This document shows positions 13,235 through 23,900 of a stretch of DNA of 64,000 bases, piece after piece. The position numbers were made by a program, and so were the translations under genes. Source of the stretch: Sphyrna mokarran (Eukaryota); assembly GCA_024679065.1 (NCBI GenBank), contig JAGIQG010000003.1:61628001-61692000 (forward strand), read 5' to 3'. The stretch's first letter is position 1. Each line of letters starts with the position of its first letter. The notes under the pieces were generated by a model. It saw nothing but the letters and a program-made list of their open reading frames with translations, had not been told where the DNA came from and ran no database searches.

Positions 13235-13640
13235 ATAAGAGCAGAAACCATACAGCCTCCTCCACTACTCAGCACAATCATTGGTAATGTTGGCTTCAGC
13301 CTTCTGCCTCTCCCCACACCCCCACGAATCCCTGAGAGATCAAAAATCTGTCTATCCCAACCTTAAAGGTGTTTTAACGGTGAAGTAGCCACAACCCCTT
13401 CGGATTGAGAATTCCAAAGATTTACAGCCCTTTGAGTGAGAGAATTCTTCCTCGTCTCAGTCCAAAATAATTGGCCCTTTATCCTGAGACACTGAGACAC
13501 TTATATGTGACTTTTAGCTCTTTTAGATGCTCCAACTAATTACCTGTGCCCACTTTATCAAACTCCTTCCGATTCTTGTAAGTTTCAGTGAGGACCCCTT
13601 TCATTTTCCTAAACTCCAAAGAATACAGCCCCAATTTACT
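13235..13640 (-). mobile_element. CR1 3' fragment
   Basis: gagaattccaaagatttacagccctttgagtgag...ctaaactccaaagaatacagccc. Confidence 0.75.
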
Positions 13641-14604
13641 GTGGGTGTACCGGGGTAAGATTATCCTTCTGTTTCTGGAGCAATGTTAAATGTCATTATT
13701 GCCATCCTGGATTGTTTAAAGCAGATATATTGCAGTGTAAGTACAATGTGAAACCACTTTGTATTGACACTATGATTGTACACTCAGTACAACCTGACAT
13801 ATGTCTAAAATGGTGATATAAAGCAAGTCAAATCTCCATCCAAAGTAGTTCTACTCTCATTTCAAATGAGGAAATGTCATCGTAATATTGGATTAACCTG
13901 CAGAGAGAACACTATGCTTTGTTTGACCGATAGTGTTGTGCATGTTTATTCATCATCTCAAAACACGAGTTTCATTGAATCCTGGTAAATATTTCTAAAA
14001 TCTTTCATATAAATAAGCTTTCCTGATTTTAAACATCTATGCTGAACACAAGTGCACCTACAGTTTCTTAGTTTATTATGGTTGGTATGTTAGATCTTAT
14101 TTAAAATTATGGTGCTAGTTGAAATCATAGATTAGGGCCAAGATATTCAGCAAATCTCACCATTGGAAATACCAAACAAGGTTACATTTTCAGGCAATAT
14201 TAGCAAAGGAACAGTGCTTTAAACTGATAAATTACACACTCATTGTTATATGTGTATAAATTGACAGTCTGAATTAATTTAATCTTCATTATAAGATATT
14301 TACAGTGGAGAGAGGACAGCAGCTAGAGAAATAGATTTTCCATGCAGTTGATTTATAAAATGGGCATGTCAATATATATGTGCATCTGTCACTGACATTA
14401 AAGTCTTAGTATTCATTTATTTAAGAACCAAATCTGTATAGTGTGTCTGAACTTTTCTTGTGATTATTAAATGTCTGACCCTGACTGCATTTGCAAGTGC
14501 ACCATTAGAAATCTCACTGAAGAGCAAATGAATTGCAAGGTTTGTTTTGTCTCTTTTAGGCCTCTAGTTGTTACTTTGCGGTTTTTATCCTCTCTTACCC
14601 ACAG

Positions 14605-14821
14605 GAACACCCTGAGGATGATTCGCTCTGGTGCTCCAAAATCTCTGGATGGATCTGACACTGGGAGTGTGGTGCCTCTGGGGAAGAAGGGAAAGGAGTT
14701 TGATTTCTCCCAGGCACCGATGAAAATTGAGTTTGTCGAGTGCAGTGCACGAGGGAGCAAAGGGGACAAAGGTGAAGCAGATCTTGGAACTGTGGAAGCA
14801 TGGCTCATCAAAGTGGCTTAA
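14605..14821 (+). CDS. SRPRB: SRPRB terminal coding exon 7
   Basis: Begins cccacag|G. Encodes NTLRMIRSGAPKSLDGSDTGSVVPLGKKGKEFDFSQAPMKIEFVECSARGSKGDKGEADLGTVEAWLIKVA*, with the G5-like ECSA and the conserved LGKKGKEF. Confidence 0.97.
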
Positions 14822-15116
14822 AGAATGAGAGAGTGTAGAAATGGAAGTCATGTCATGCTGCCAGTAGGAGAGAATTGAATCACCTTACACCATGGCAACA
14901 TAAGTGGGACAGTGGACAAAGTTATATTTTTAATGCTGAAGGTTCAGACAAATGCAGAATGTTGGCTGCACAATTTTTACCATGGCTGGCTTAATCTGAG
15001 CTAGCTGATATCTCTGACATTTCAGTGTTCCACAGCTAGAATGTCAATGTGAATGATGCTTTTTATGTTGTGTGTTGCTGAATTGGCAATGCCACCACCT
15101 TGTCTGTTCATAAGCA

Positions 15117-15122
15117 AATAAA
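15117..15122 (+). promoter_or_regulatory. Candidate SRPRB polyadenylation signal
   Basis: First AATAAA after the stop codon, about 300 nt downstream, followed by GT-rich sequence. Confidence 0.55.
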
Positions 15123-15829
15123 GTAATGGATCTAAATCGACCTTTACAGTAGTGGTGGTGCTGATACTTTATATGAAATGTGTTGGATTGGACAGAAATA
15201 TAGTAGCAGGTATTGAAAATGCATTTATATTTTGATCCTGTGTTGTATTATATCAAAAACAATTTCTTAGATTGATACTTTGGTTAATACAAGTTAACCA
15301 CATTTATTTGTTTTTTATTGCCACATATCATTAATGTGACCTTAGCAGCGTCTGATGCAGAAGGTGTTCTTGGCACAGTTTCAGCCACCACTGCAGGGTT
15401 TTCTCAGAGTAATATCCTTGGCCCATCCAACTTCAATTGCATTATCAGCGGCCTTCAGTTTGGCAGTGAAGTTATTTACTCATGGTTCCGTTGTTTAACT
15501 TCAGTCAACTCTTCTAATTCTGTAGCTATCCGTGTCATGGCCAGAACCTGATTTGAATAACTTTACAAGTTGACACCATGTAAAGGGAGATGGTAAACAT
15601 CTCCAGTAAGGAGAAAAACGTCATTATAATGGGAACACCATCGTCAAGCCACACATCAACCTGACTTCGACATGAATTACCATTGCTTTGTCACTAGTCT
15701 AAGTCCTCACTTAATGCCAGGTGAGAGCACCATTGCAAGGATTACAGTAGTAACTCACCAGTGGATGATCATCAATTTGGGGAAGATCAGGATGGGCAGT
15801 AAGCCTTGCTAGTATTGTCCACAGGCTAG

Positions 15830-16400
15830 TAGGTGCCTGGAGTTTGCTGCTGGTGGAGGTTAGTGGAAGCAGATATGACAATGTCTTTTAGGGTGTGTCT
15901 TGACAAATACATGAATAGAGTGGGAATAGAGGGATATGGTCCCCGGAAGGATAGAGGGTTTTAGTTCAATCAGGCAGCATGGTCGATGCAGGGTTGGAGG
16001 GCTGAAGGGGCCTGTTCCTGTGCTGTAATTTTCTTTGGTCTTTGGTGCTGTCTCTTCAGTTGAACAAATGGTAGAACAATTAAAATTGGTCTCATTAAGA
16101 AACCAGAATTTAGATGAGCAGGCATCTTGGAGGGTTTTGGGGCTGCAGGAGATTAAAGAGTCAAGGCCATGGTCTGATTTGCTGACAAGGATGAGAATTT
16201 TTAGCGGGTTCAGTGTGGATAATGAACGAGATTTCCTGAGGATTGGGCGTTAAGTGGTTTTGGATGATCTCAAGTTTGCAGAGGGCACAGCCTGGCCTGT
16301 ATTGGAATAGTCAAGCTGGGAGGTAATAAGAGTTTGCAGCAATGGATGTGCTGAAGCTGAAGTGTAACTGAGGCAGAAAATAGTGACAAAAAGGATAGAG
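15830..16400. mobile_element. CR1 3' end (+) followed by an L2-like fragment (-)
   Basis: ggcctgttcctgtgctgtaattttctttg tail, then ttttggatgatctcaagttt...ttggaatagtcaagctgggaggtaa. Confidence 0.6.
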
Positions 16401-16764
16401 TGACTAGACTGCAGCTATCCTCAGACTTTCTTTTTAAATCTCTGAACCTATTTGAAAATCTGCATGTTTGGGTGTTATAGTTTTAGCTGCTGTTTCCATA
16501 TTAGCAATCTAGTGAGAATTATGGAAATTTTAATGCACTGAGGAGCTGCCGCCAGCCATCTATCTAATCTTAAACTTACTGTGCATATATTAAAACTGAG
16601 ATGTGGACAAATGATATAAACCAGACATAATAAGCAAAAATTAATACCTAACAATGAATTTGCTCGATTGGCTTAGAAATTAAAAAATGTAATATTTTGA
16701 GACCTCTAGCCTGAATGTTTTCTTTGGCAATTTTGTATTGTCCATGTCAATCTCTGCTGCCTCA

Positions 16765-16940
16765 GAACCATAGAATCCCTAAAATGCAGAAGGAAGGCCT
16801 TTGGCCCATCGAGTCTGCACTGACCATCATCCCACCTAAGCCTATCCACATAACCTCATGCATTTACCTTAGCTAGTCCCCCTGACGCTCGGTGAACATT
16901 TACCATCGCTAATCCAACTAACCCGCATACTTTTGGACTT
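16765..16940 (-). mobile_element. Partial HE1/V-SINE
   Basis: catagaatccct...ggcccatcgagtctgcac..., similar to the other copies in the window. Confidence 0.75.
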
Positions 16941-17260
16941 CCATCAGAAAATGGTGGAAGTGAGGTCACTGCATATTTTTGAAGAAGAGATAGGTTTTTG
17001 TTAGGTAAGGGAATCAAAGGCTATCGAGGGTAGATAGGAATGTGGGATTCAATACAGACATAAAAGATGAGGCAGACTTGAGGGGCTGAATGATCCACTG
17101 CTAGCATTTTATAAAGTCTGAGCAGCCTAGCTACTAGTGTTCATCAAAGGTGGTGTAGCTAATGATACGGATACAAAGGTGAGGGTTATCAAGTTTGGAA
17201 AAATCTCTTTCTTCCTTGCCTGAAGCATTCACCTCCCGCAATTAGTATTTGTTGTTGTTC

Positions 17261-18020
17261 CCGTGACAATCCACTGAATGAAGAACAAGAGTTTCTTAAT
17301 TTGGGTTTTTTTTAAAGAAAAAGGGATTTATATATTTTTCAAGGGATCTGTACTAAAAGACATGCATAATCCTGAGCTAGCTGTGGATTTTGTGATCGGG
17401 GCACTATTTCAGTTAAGTTTTGGATCTTCAGATCATTTGTGTTTGCTTTGAAACTCTGTTCATTGAAGTGGATGAAAAGTATTCTTGATGGGAATTTGAG
17501 CTCCAAGATGTTCGCCTTTCCAGTTTGGGTTACAGTTTGGGTTCCGAAGCTTTGAATCACAATACTAACTCCTCCTTCTGTGGTGAAGATGTTCCTCTCT
17601 TGACCAACTTGGTGACAGGCTCCTCTCCATAAAAGAGAAACTCTGCTTAGATGATCATTGTTCTGCTTTTTGACTTGGTTCTGGTTTCTCCTGTAGAGAA
17701 CTCTGACAGATCTTTGGTTTGGGAATTTATTCACCTGCTAATTCGGAGGTGAAAGTGAACTCTCTGAAGGAAGGCTTTGGTCCTACTTGCATCTCAAACC
17801 AACTGGTGGGGATACACCATGTCCTACATAAAGGCTAACATTGGCCTTTGGCATGGATCAAGCCCAGAAAGGGTGCAATGCCTTATCTCATCAACTTGTA
17901 TCTTATTTATTTTTCTTGTATGATCCAAGAATTGGATTCAATTTGAATTTAGTTTTTTTAGAGCAGCAAGGAGGTGGATTCAATTCTGCTGGTCCACTCT
18001 AAAAAATTGGCTTCGTAACT
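17261..18020 (+). mobile_element. Possible decayed solo LTR in the SRPRB-DGK intergenic region
   Basis: Termini gtgac...ttcgtaac resemble TG...CA LTR ends; no ORF and no TSD. Confidence 0.25.
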
Positions 18021-18585
18021 TGTAGAGAATGGAGTTTTTTTAAAAAACAAAGTCTGTATTCCATAGACTATAAGAGTGTAGCTGTGCAAAGAGGTTCTGG
18101 TCAAATGAGTGGACTACCCGTTTAAATTTATTTGTGAAAAGTCAGTATTACCACTTGCTATTTTATACTATCGTCCTTATTTCGCAGAAAATTGGAAGAG
18201 TTGTTAATTTAAAATGTATTTGTAATATATTGAAGTGGAACCCAATTGTCAATCTCTGCACTGTCCATTGCAACTTTTGTTCATCCCCATTCCACACGCC
18301 CCCTGACGGCGTTTCCTGATATTGAAATGATATGAGGCTCCCTCTGGCAGCGGTTTCCGATACACTGTGCGTTCGCTCTCCTCCTGGCGGCAGAGTGCCG
18401 ATACAATGGGCTTTCGGTTTCCCCCTGGCGGCTGGATGGTAGTAACGCGCGCTCGCTGCTTCCCCTCCTGGCCGGATGCCGGTATCACAGGCTCTCTGTT
18501 CCTGCCTGGCTGACTGATTCCGCACAGCGGGCTCGCCTCTGGTGGCGGGATGCCGCCACCGCGGGCTCTCTGTTTCCCCCTGATG

Positions 18586-18996
18586 GCCGCAAGCCGGTAC
18601 CGCGGGCTCTCGGTTTCCCCCTGGTGGGCTGGATGCCGCTACCGTGGGCTCTCCGTTTCCCCCTAGCGGCCGGATGCCGCTACTGTGGGCTCTCCGTTTC
18701 CCCCTGCGGCCGGATGCTGCTACCGTGGGCTCTCCGTTTCCCCCTGGTGGCTGGATGCCGCTACTGTGGGCTCTCCGTTTCCCCCTGGCGGCCGGATGCC
18801 GCTACCGTGGGCTCTCCGTTTCCCCCTGGCGGCCGGATGCCGCTGCCGTGGGCTCTCCGTTTCCTCCTGGCGGCCGGATGCCGCTACCGTGGGCTCTCCG
18901 TTTCCCCCTGGCGGCCGGATGCCGCTACCGTGGGCTCTCCGTTTCCCCCTGGCGGCCGGATGCCGCTACCGTAGGCTCTCCGTTTCCCCCTGGCGG
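18586..18996. repeat. 41-bp GC-rich minisatellite, about 10 copies, with degenerate copies back to ~18290
   Basis: Unit ccggatgccgctaccgtgggctctccgtttccccctggcgg. GGATG recurs at 18631, 18672, 18712, 18753, 18794, 18835, 18876, 18917 and 18958. Confidence 0.95.
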
Positions 18997-19030
18997 TGAC
19001 GCTAGAGTGAGGACCCCGGTTGCTGCGGTG

Positions 19031-19204
19031 ATGATGGCGGCTCGGGAAGCGCAGGCCGCCGGCTCTGGCTGTGAGTTGGGGGCCCGGGAGCGTCTCGCCA
19101 GCGGCAGCACAGTAGGAGACGAGTCATCAGACAGCGAGGCCGAGCACGAATCCGCGCAGAAACTGATCCGCAAAGTGTCCACCTCCGGCCAGATCCGCAG
19201 CAAG
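19031..19204 (+). CDS. DGKD: Type II diacylglycerol kinase (probably delta), coding exon 1
   Basis: Runs ATGATGGCG...AAG|gtaagg. Encodes MMAAREAQ...GDESSDSEAEHESAQKLIRKVSTSGQIRSK, the N-terminal signature of DGK delta/eta. Confidence 0.9.
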
Positions 19205-19351
19205 GTAAGGCCGGGGGCCGGGGCGGGGGCAGCGAGACTGGGAACACGGCGGGCTGCAGCCGGGAGCCGGAGGGAGGCCGCGGAGGGCAGGCTGAGGATC
19301 CAGAGAGGGATCACAGCCTTCGATACAACTCGGGAAACGGCGTCCAGATCC

Positions 19352-19740
19352 CGGGAACAATGTCCCTGGATCCAATTCCCGGGAATAACCTGTCCCTGGG
19401 TCCAGTTCCTAAGAGTAACCTGTCTCTGGGTCCAATTCCCGGGAATATTGTATCCTTTGAATCAGTTTTCGGGAATAGTCCGTCCCAGGGTGCAATCTCT
19501 GGGAATAGTCCGTCCCAGGGTGCAATCTCTGGGAATAGTCCGTCCCAGGGTGCAATCTCTGGGAATAGTCCGTCCCAGGGTGCAATCTCTGGGAATAGTC
19601 CGTCCCAGGGTCTAATTCCTGAGAATAATCTTCCTTTTGGTCCTGTCCATGGGAATAATCTGTCCCTGGTTCCAATCCATGGGAATAATCTAACCTGGGA
19701 TCCACACTCTGGGAATAATCTGTTTCTGAACCCATCCACA
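19352..19740. repeat. 30-bp minisatellite at the start of DGK intron 1
   Basis: Unit gggaatagtccgtcccagggtgcaatctct. Near-perfect at 19471-19610, degenerate on both sides. Confidence 0.93.
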
Positions 19741-20489
19741 GGATATACCATAAAATTTGTCCTCAACAGAATCTAGCACAGTTGAGGTTCCTGACAGGTT
19801 TTTCTCTTGTGTGATCTTGCAAACCTTCAAATCTCAGGGGAAAGTGTTATAGCAAGTTCACAGGATTATCACTTTGCAGTGCTGGTTTTATTACATCGCT
19901 AGGTGCTACTGTCAAAGGTTGGCTATCTATTCAATATTGGTTGGCGACTAGTGAAGTAGTGAGGTGAAATCTTCCGTAACTATCACAGAGTTTAAATGGA
20001 TGCTGAAGTATTGAGGAACGTTTATGTTGGGCATTGTGGTCTGTTGAATTGTCTACATCAATTAAGAACCATTTCCCTGATTATATTCTGAAATTAGTCT
20101 CTTGTCTCTTCTTTCCGGAGATTGGGTGGTATTGGATGAGGTTAGGGAGGTGAATTGGGGATTCGAATGCTCTGACTACATAACGCTCTTAGGCAGAATT
20201 TGACAGACCTGTTGCACTAGCAGCTGTTTTCCTGACTGTCTGTCCATATCGTTCAGAATGATGGCAAGATTTCCAACCATGTTTCTGTACTAAAATGGCC
20301 TGAGTAGTTTTGTGAAAGGGAATTTTGTTCTTGAGTTTTGTGCCACACAACAGAAGAGCGGAAATAACTTCAAACAGTCTGTTGCCCAAAAAGTGTCCAG
20401 TGGATTGTTAGAATATGCATTATGTATCCAGTCAATCTTTCAAAGAGAAAATTACACAGTATGATATATTAAAAATTGCTGTTGATCTG

Positions 20490-20965
20490 AGATAAAAACA
20501 GAAAATGCTGGAAGATCTCAGCAGATCCCTCGGCAACTGTGGAGAGAGAATAGACATTCAGTACACATCTCTTTAACCTGTGCTTAACCCTCTGTCCACT
20601 TACATTTTTTGTACTTTTAAGACTTGATTACCCATAAAGATTTGCATTCTAATCGTTATTTTGTACATTGAATTCGTGTCTTTATATACTCTGTTTGTGA
20701 ACAGAACTCCCACTTACCTGATGAAGGAGCAGCACTCCAAAAGCTAATTTCTTTTGCTACCAAATAAACCTGTGAGCGAGACTTCTTAATGTGTTTACCC
20801 CAGTCCAACGCCGCCGGCATCTCCATATTGAGAGAATAGAGCCAATGTTTTGAGTCAGGATGAGAGCTCTGACGAAAGGTCATCTAGACTCAAAATATTA
20901 GCTCAGTTCTCTCTCCTCAGATGCTGCTAGACCCTAACAATCAGTGTGCTGTGTTCTGATTCCAG
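20490..20965. mobile_element. Nested Penelope-like non-autonomous elements with hammerhead relics
   Basis: An outer palindromic element is split by an inner element (20555-20829) with an 11-bp TSD gagagaataga (20544, 20830). CTGATGA at 20718 and CTGACGA at 20869. Confidence 0.7.
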
Positions 20966-23900
20966 AATAGGTGATGATTATGGAAAAAAGGACACCCCAG
21001 ACAGTCTGGGTCACTTCTAAAATTAAATACTAATGTTGAGGGAGTGCCGCAGTGTCAGAGGTGCCAAGTCTACAGCATTGAATATTCTACTGAACACTTC
21101 CAAGTGGGTGCCTGCTGTATTCTTTAGTTGGGTCTTGCAGCTCTGAACACTGTTTTATTTCCTGATTCTTGAGCATACCAGCTCTGTACCACTGAATTTC
21201 ACAAGCTGCTGGCCCCCTTGCCTGATGTTCGGATTTCCCTGAATTCAGCTGCTACTCATCCTTATTGTGGCTGCCTGATTTAGACTTTAGGTTTGTGACT
21301 GAAGGCAAGCCACTATCCTCCCAGTTGGTTTCTAATCCTTGAGTTAGCCACTCAATCCTCTCGTCGCTGTCCCCTGCTTTTAACCATCACTTTCCCCTTG
21401 CCTCATCGCTCACCTGGACTTCTCAAGTGATATATCTTTTCTTTGTCTTGAAGAACAACTGGCAAAGAATGCTTGCAAATGCTTGCCATGGGCATCCACA
21501 CCGATATATAATAACAACTGTTCACAGACTTTAACACGTCACTGTGAGTAGGACATCCAAATTCAGCACGGTGGAAGGGGAAAGGTGTCATGTACCTCAA
21601 ACCAGAGGGGAAACAGACAACTCACCAAGCGTAAGTACCAGGAGAGCTCAAAGTAAAGGTGCTGAACTATCCAAACCTAGCCCCTGTGTTTAATGACATT
21701 GATTTAGAAAGTTGGAGGCACAAGAAGTAAAGCAAGGAAAAGAAGATACATAGGATGTTATCAAATTAATACTGAATTGATCATTGCAGGGCCAAAGGTA
21801 AGGAGCAGAGGATTAGATTTAATGTGGATAGCACTTGCTAGAGTTGGCGTATGCATAGTGGGCTGAATGATTTCTTTCTGCGCTGTAAAATTCTACAAAA
21901 AGCTGTCGAGAAAGCAGACTTCAGCGGAGAGTATCAAGTCAGCAAGTGAGCTCAGCCCTATACCAGGAGAGTTCTCAAATCATTCATGAAATTTAATAAT
22001 AAAAATAATAGTTGATTAAAAAAAAATGTGATGGAGAAAATATTGAAATGTTGTCTTGAATCACTTCCCTGAACCTGCTTCCAGCTCTTGCTGACCTTCT
22101 GTGTCCTTTCTTCTCATGCTGATGGATCTTCTTGGGAAACAGTGCTGAAGGTGGTATGTGTGTATTGCCACGTAAATGTAGATGGAGACATTTTAGTTCT
22201 GCACCAAAGTTCCAATGCCTTTGGTTATAACCCCAACCTCAAAAAAGAACAAAATGTTCTGCTTCAGGAATGTTTCTTGAAGTTTTCTGACATGTTTGGA
22301 AGGTTTAAAATAAATTCAGTTTTAGAATTTTTTTCCACCTGTGTCAGCCGTGTTGCTTGTAAAGATTTGTGAGAGAACGAGCTTGCCTCAGAACATCTTA
22401 GCAATGCTGCAGGTATAAAGTGTGGAGATCTGGGACTAGCAAACCCTGAGCTATTGGCAGGCATGAATACACAGCAGGCAGCTTTTTAATAAGCACATCA
22501 CTTATAAATGCTACATAGAGACATGAGAGGGTGGCAGTCTGCAATGTTGATTATAGATTAGTTACGACTGCTAGTTTATATCACATAGCAAGCAATGATC
22601 TGTTTTAGTAATTGCTGCAAGAGGTTTGGCAGCAATTGCCTTAAAAATGCTTTGAATTTTGTTGGAATATCCCATGAGACATGGAAGTGTTTTTATTTCT
22701 TCAGCACATCTCCAGCAGCAATTTGATTTCAAGTTTGGTGAAGTATTCTAGTACAGTTTGAAATAAAAACATTACAAAATCTATATTTCTTTTGCCCCAA
22801 TATTGATGTTGAAAAATTAGTTAGCCTCTGCAAGTGTTAATATTATCTGTGGAGAGCAGAACTAAAATAATTTTTTTATTGAAACCTTGGCTCTCTGCTC
22901 CAACTATGTAAAATATAGAGCAGTGTGCGGTTTAATCTAAATGAGCCCTACTTCCTGGTATTTCTCTGAAAATATTTAGTCTCTTGAGGGGACCAACTCA
23001 GCTAAAAATAGCCCTGGTCGTCTGTTCTCACTAAGCTCACAGACTGATGCTGACCAGATGGAATTCATCCACCAGAACATGCAAACAGCAAAACATTCAA
23101 TTTGCTGCTTTTTTTCCACAGACTTATTTAGCAGTTAAAAAATCTAACTTGTGTACCACTTCCTGAAAGTCCCTTAAAGTTTGAGATTGAATGCACCCTT
23201 ACATTACTCGTCTTGTAGACATGCATATTGTGATTAACAGAATTGGAGGGCATCAGATGAAACAATGAAGAGCTAGGGAGTGGATAGCATGGTCAGAATC
23301 TCTAGGACGCTTTTGAAGTCAGAGAAGGAGACAGTGGCACAAAGCAGCTTTTGGAGAGAGTTCCAGAGAGTAAACAGTGGAGTCCGGGGGTGGTCAAAGT
23401 CACTAGAAGCAGAGAGCTGTTGGGTGGTATATGAGATTGGAGGAGGTCACTTCCAACAGTTGGGGGGTGGGGAGGGGAGGTACAGAGGTGAGGTGATCGT
23501 CAGAAACCTGAGTGGTTTTCTGATGACTGCGTCGTTCAGTCACATTGTGGTGTTCTTCCAACTCTCTTGGCAAAGAGCAATGAATCTTTGCTGTCATAAA
23601 TTAGAATTTGAGGAAAGGGCATACTTTGTTTGCAAACTGATCATGCTATATTTGAAAATTTATCATTCTGCAGGATCTTAGCTGGACTGCGCAGTCAGTT
23701 TATTCTTAGCTGCACTGTGCACAAAGGGGGAAAGCCATTGACTAAGCCACCACCACAATTCCTGGTTACTGTCTAATGCTGAATAATATTTTGCAACCCC
23801 AGCATCCTATTTGTCCCTGAGTCGAGTTTCTGACTTTGTATCTCCTCAATGCAGAGAGTGCTTCTCTCTTGCTGTCAATACCAGCCTAAGTCCATCTACT

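Larger units (their letters stand above)
18290..19360. promoter_or_regulatory. CpG island / promoter and first exon of the DGK gene
   Basis: Sharp rise in GC and CpG density in otherwise CpG-depleted DNA, surrounding the first coding exon. Confidence 0.8.

Noticed and set aside
18586-19740. CRISPR-like look of the regular repeats
   Set aside because: The units are contiguous with no unique spacers, there are no cas genes and the context is vertebrate.
18624-19776. Long ORFs (323, 151, 138 and 129 aa) around DGK exon 1
   Set aside because: They arise from stop-poor minisatellites and GC-rich DNA. Only 19031-19204 has homology, and it ends at a canonical donor.
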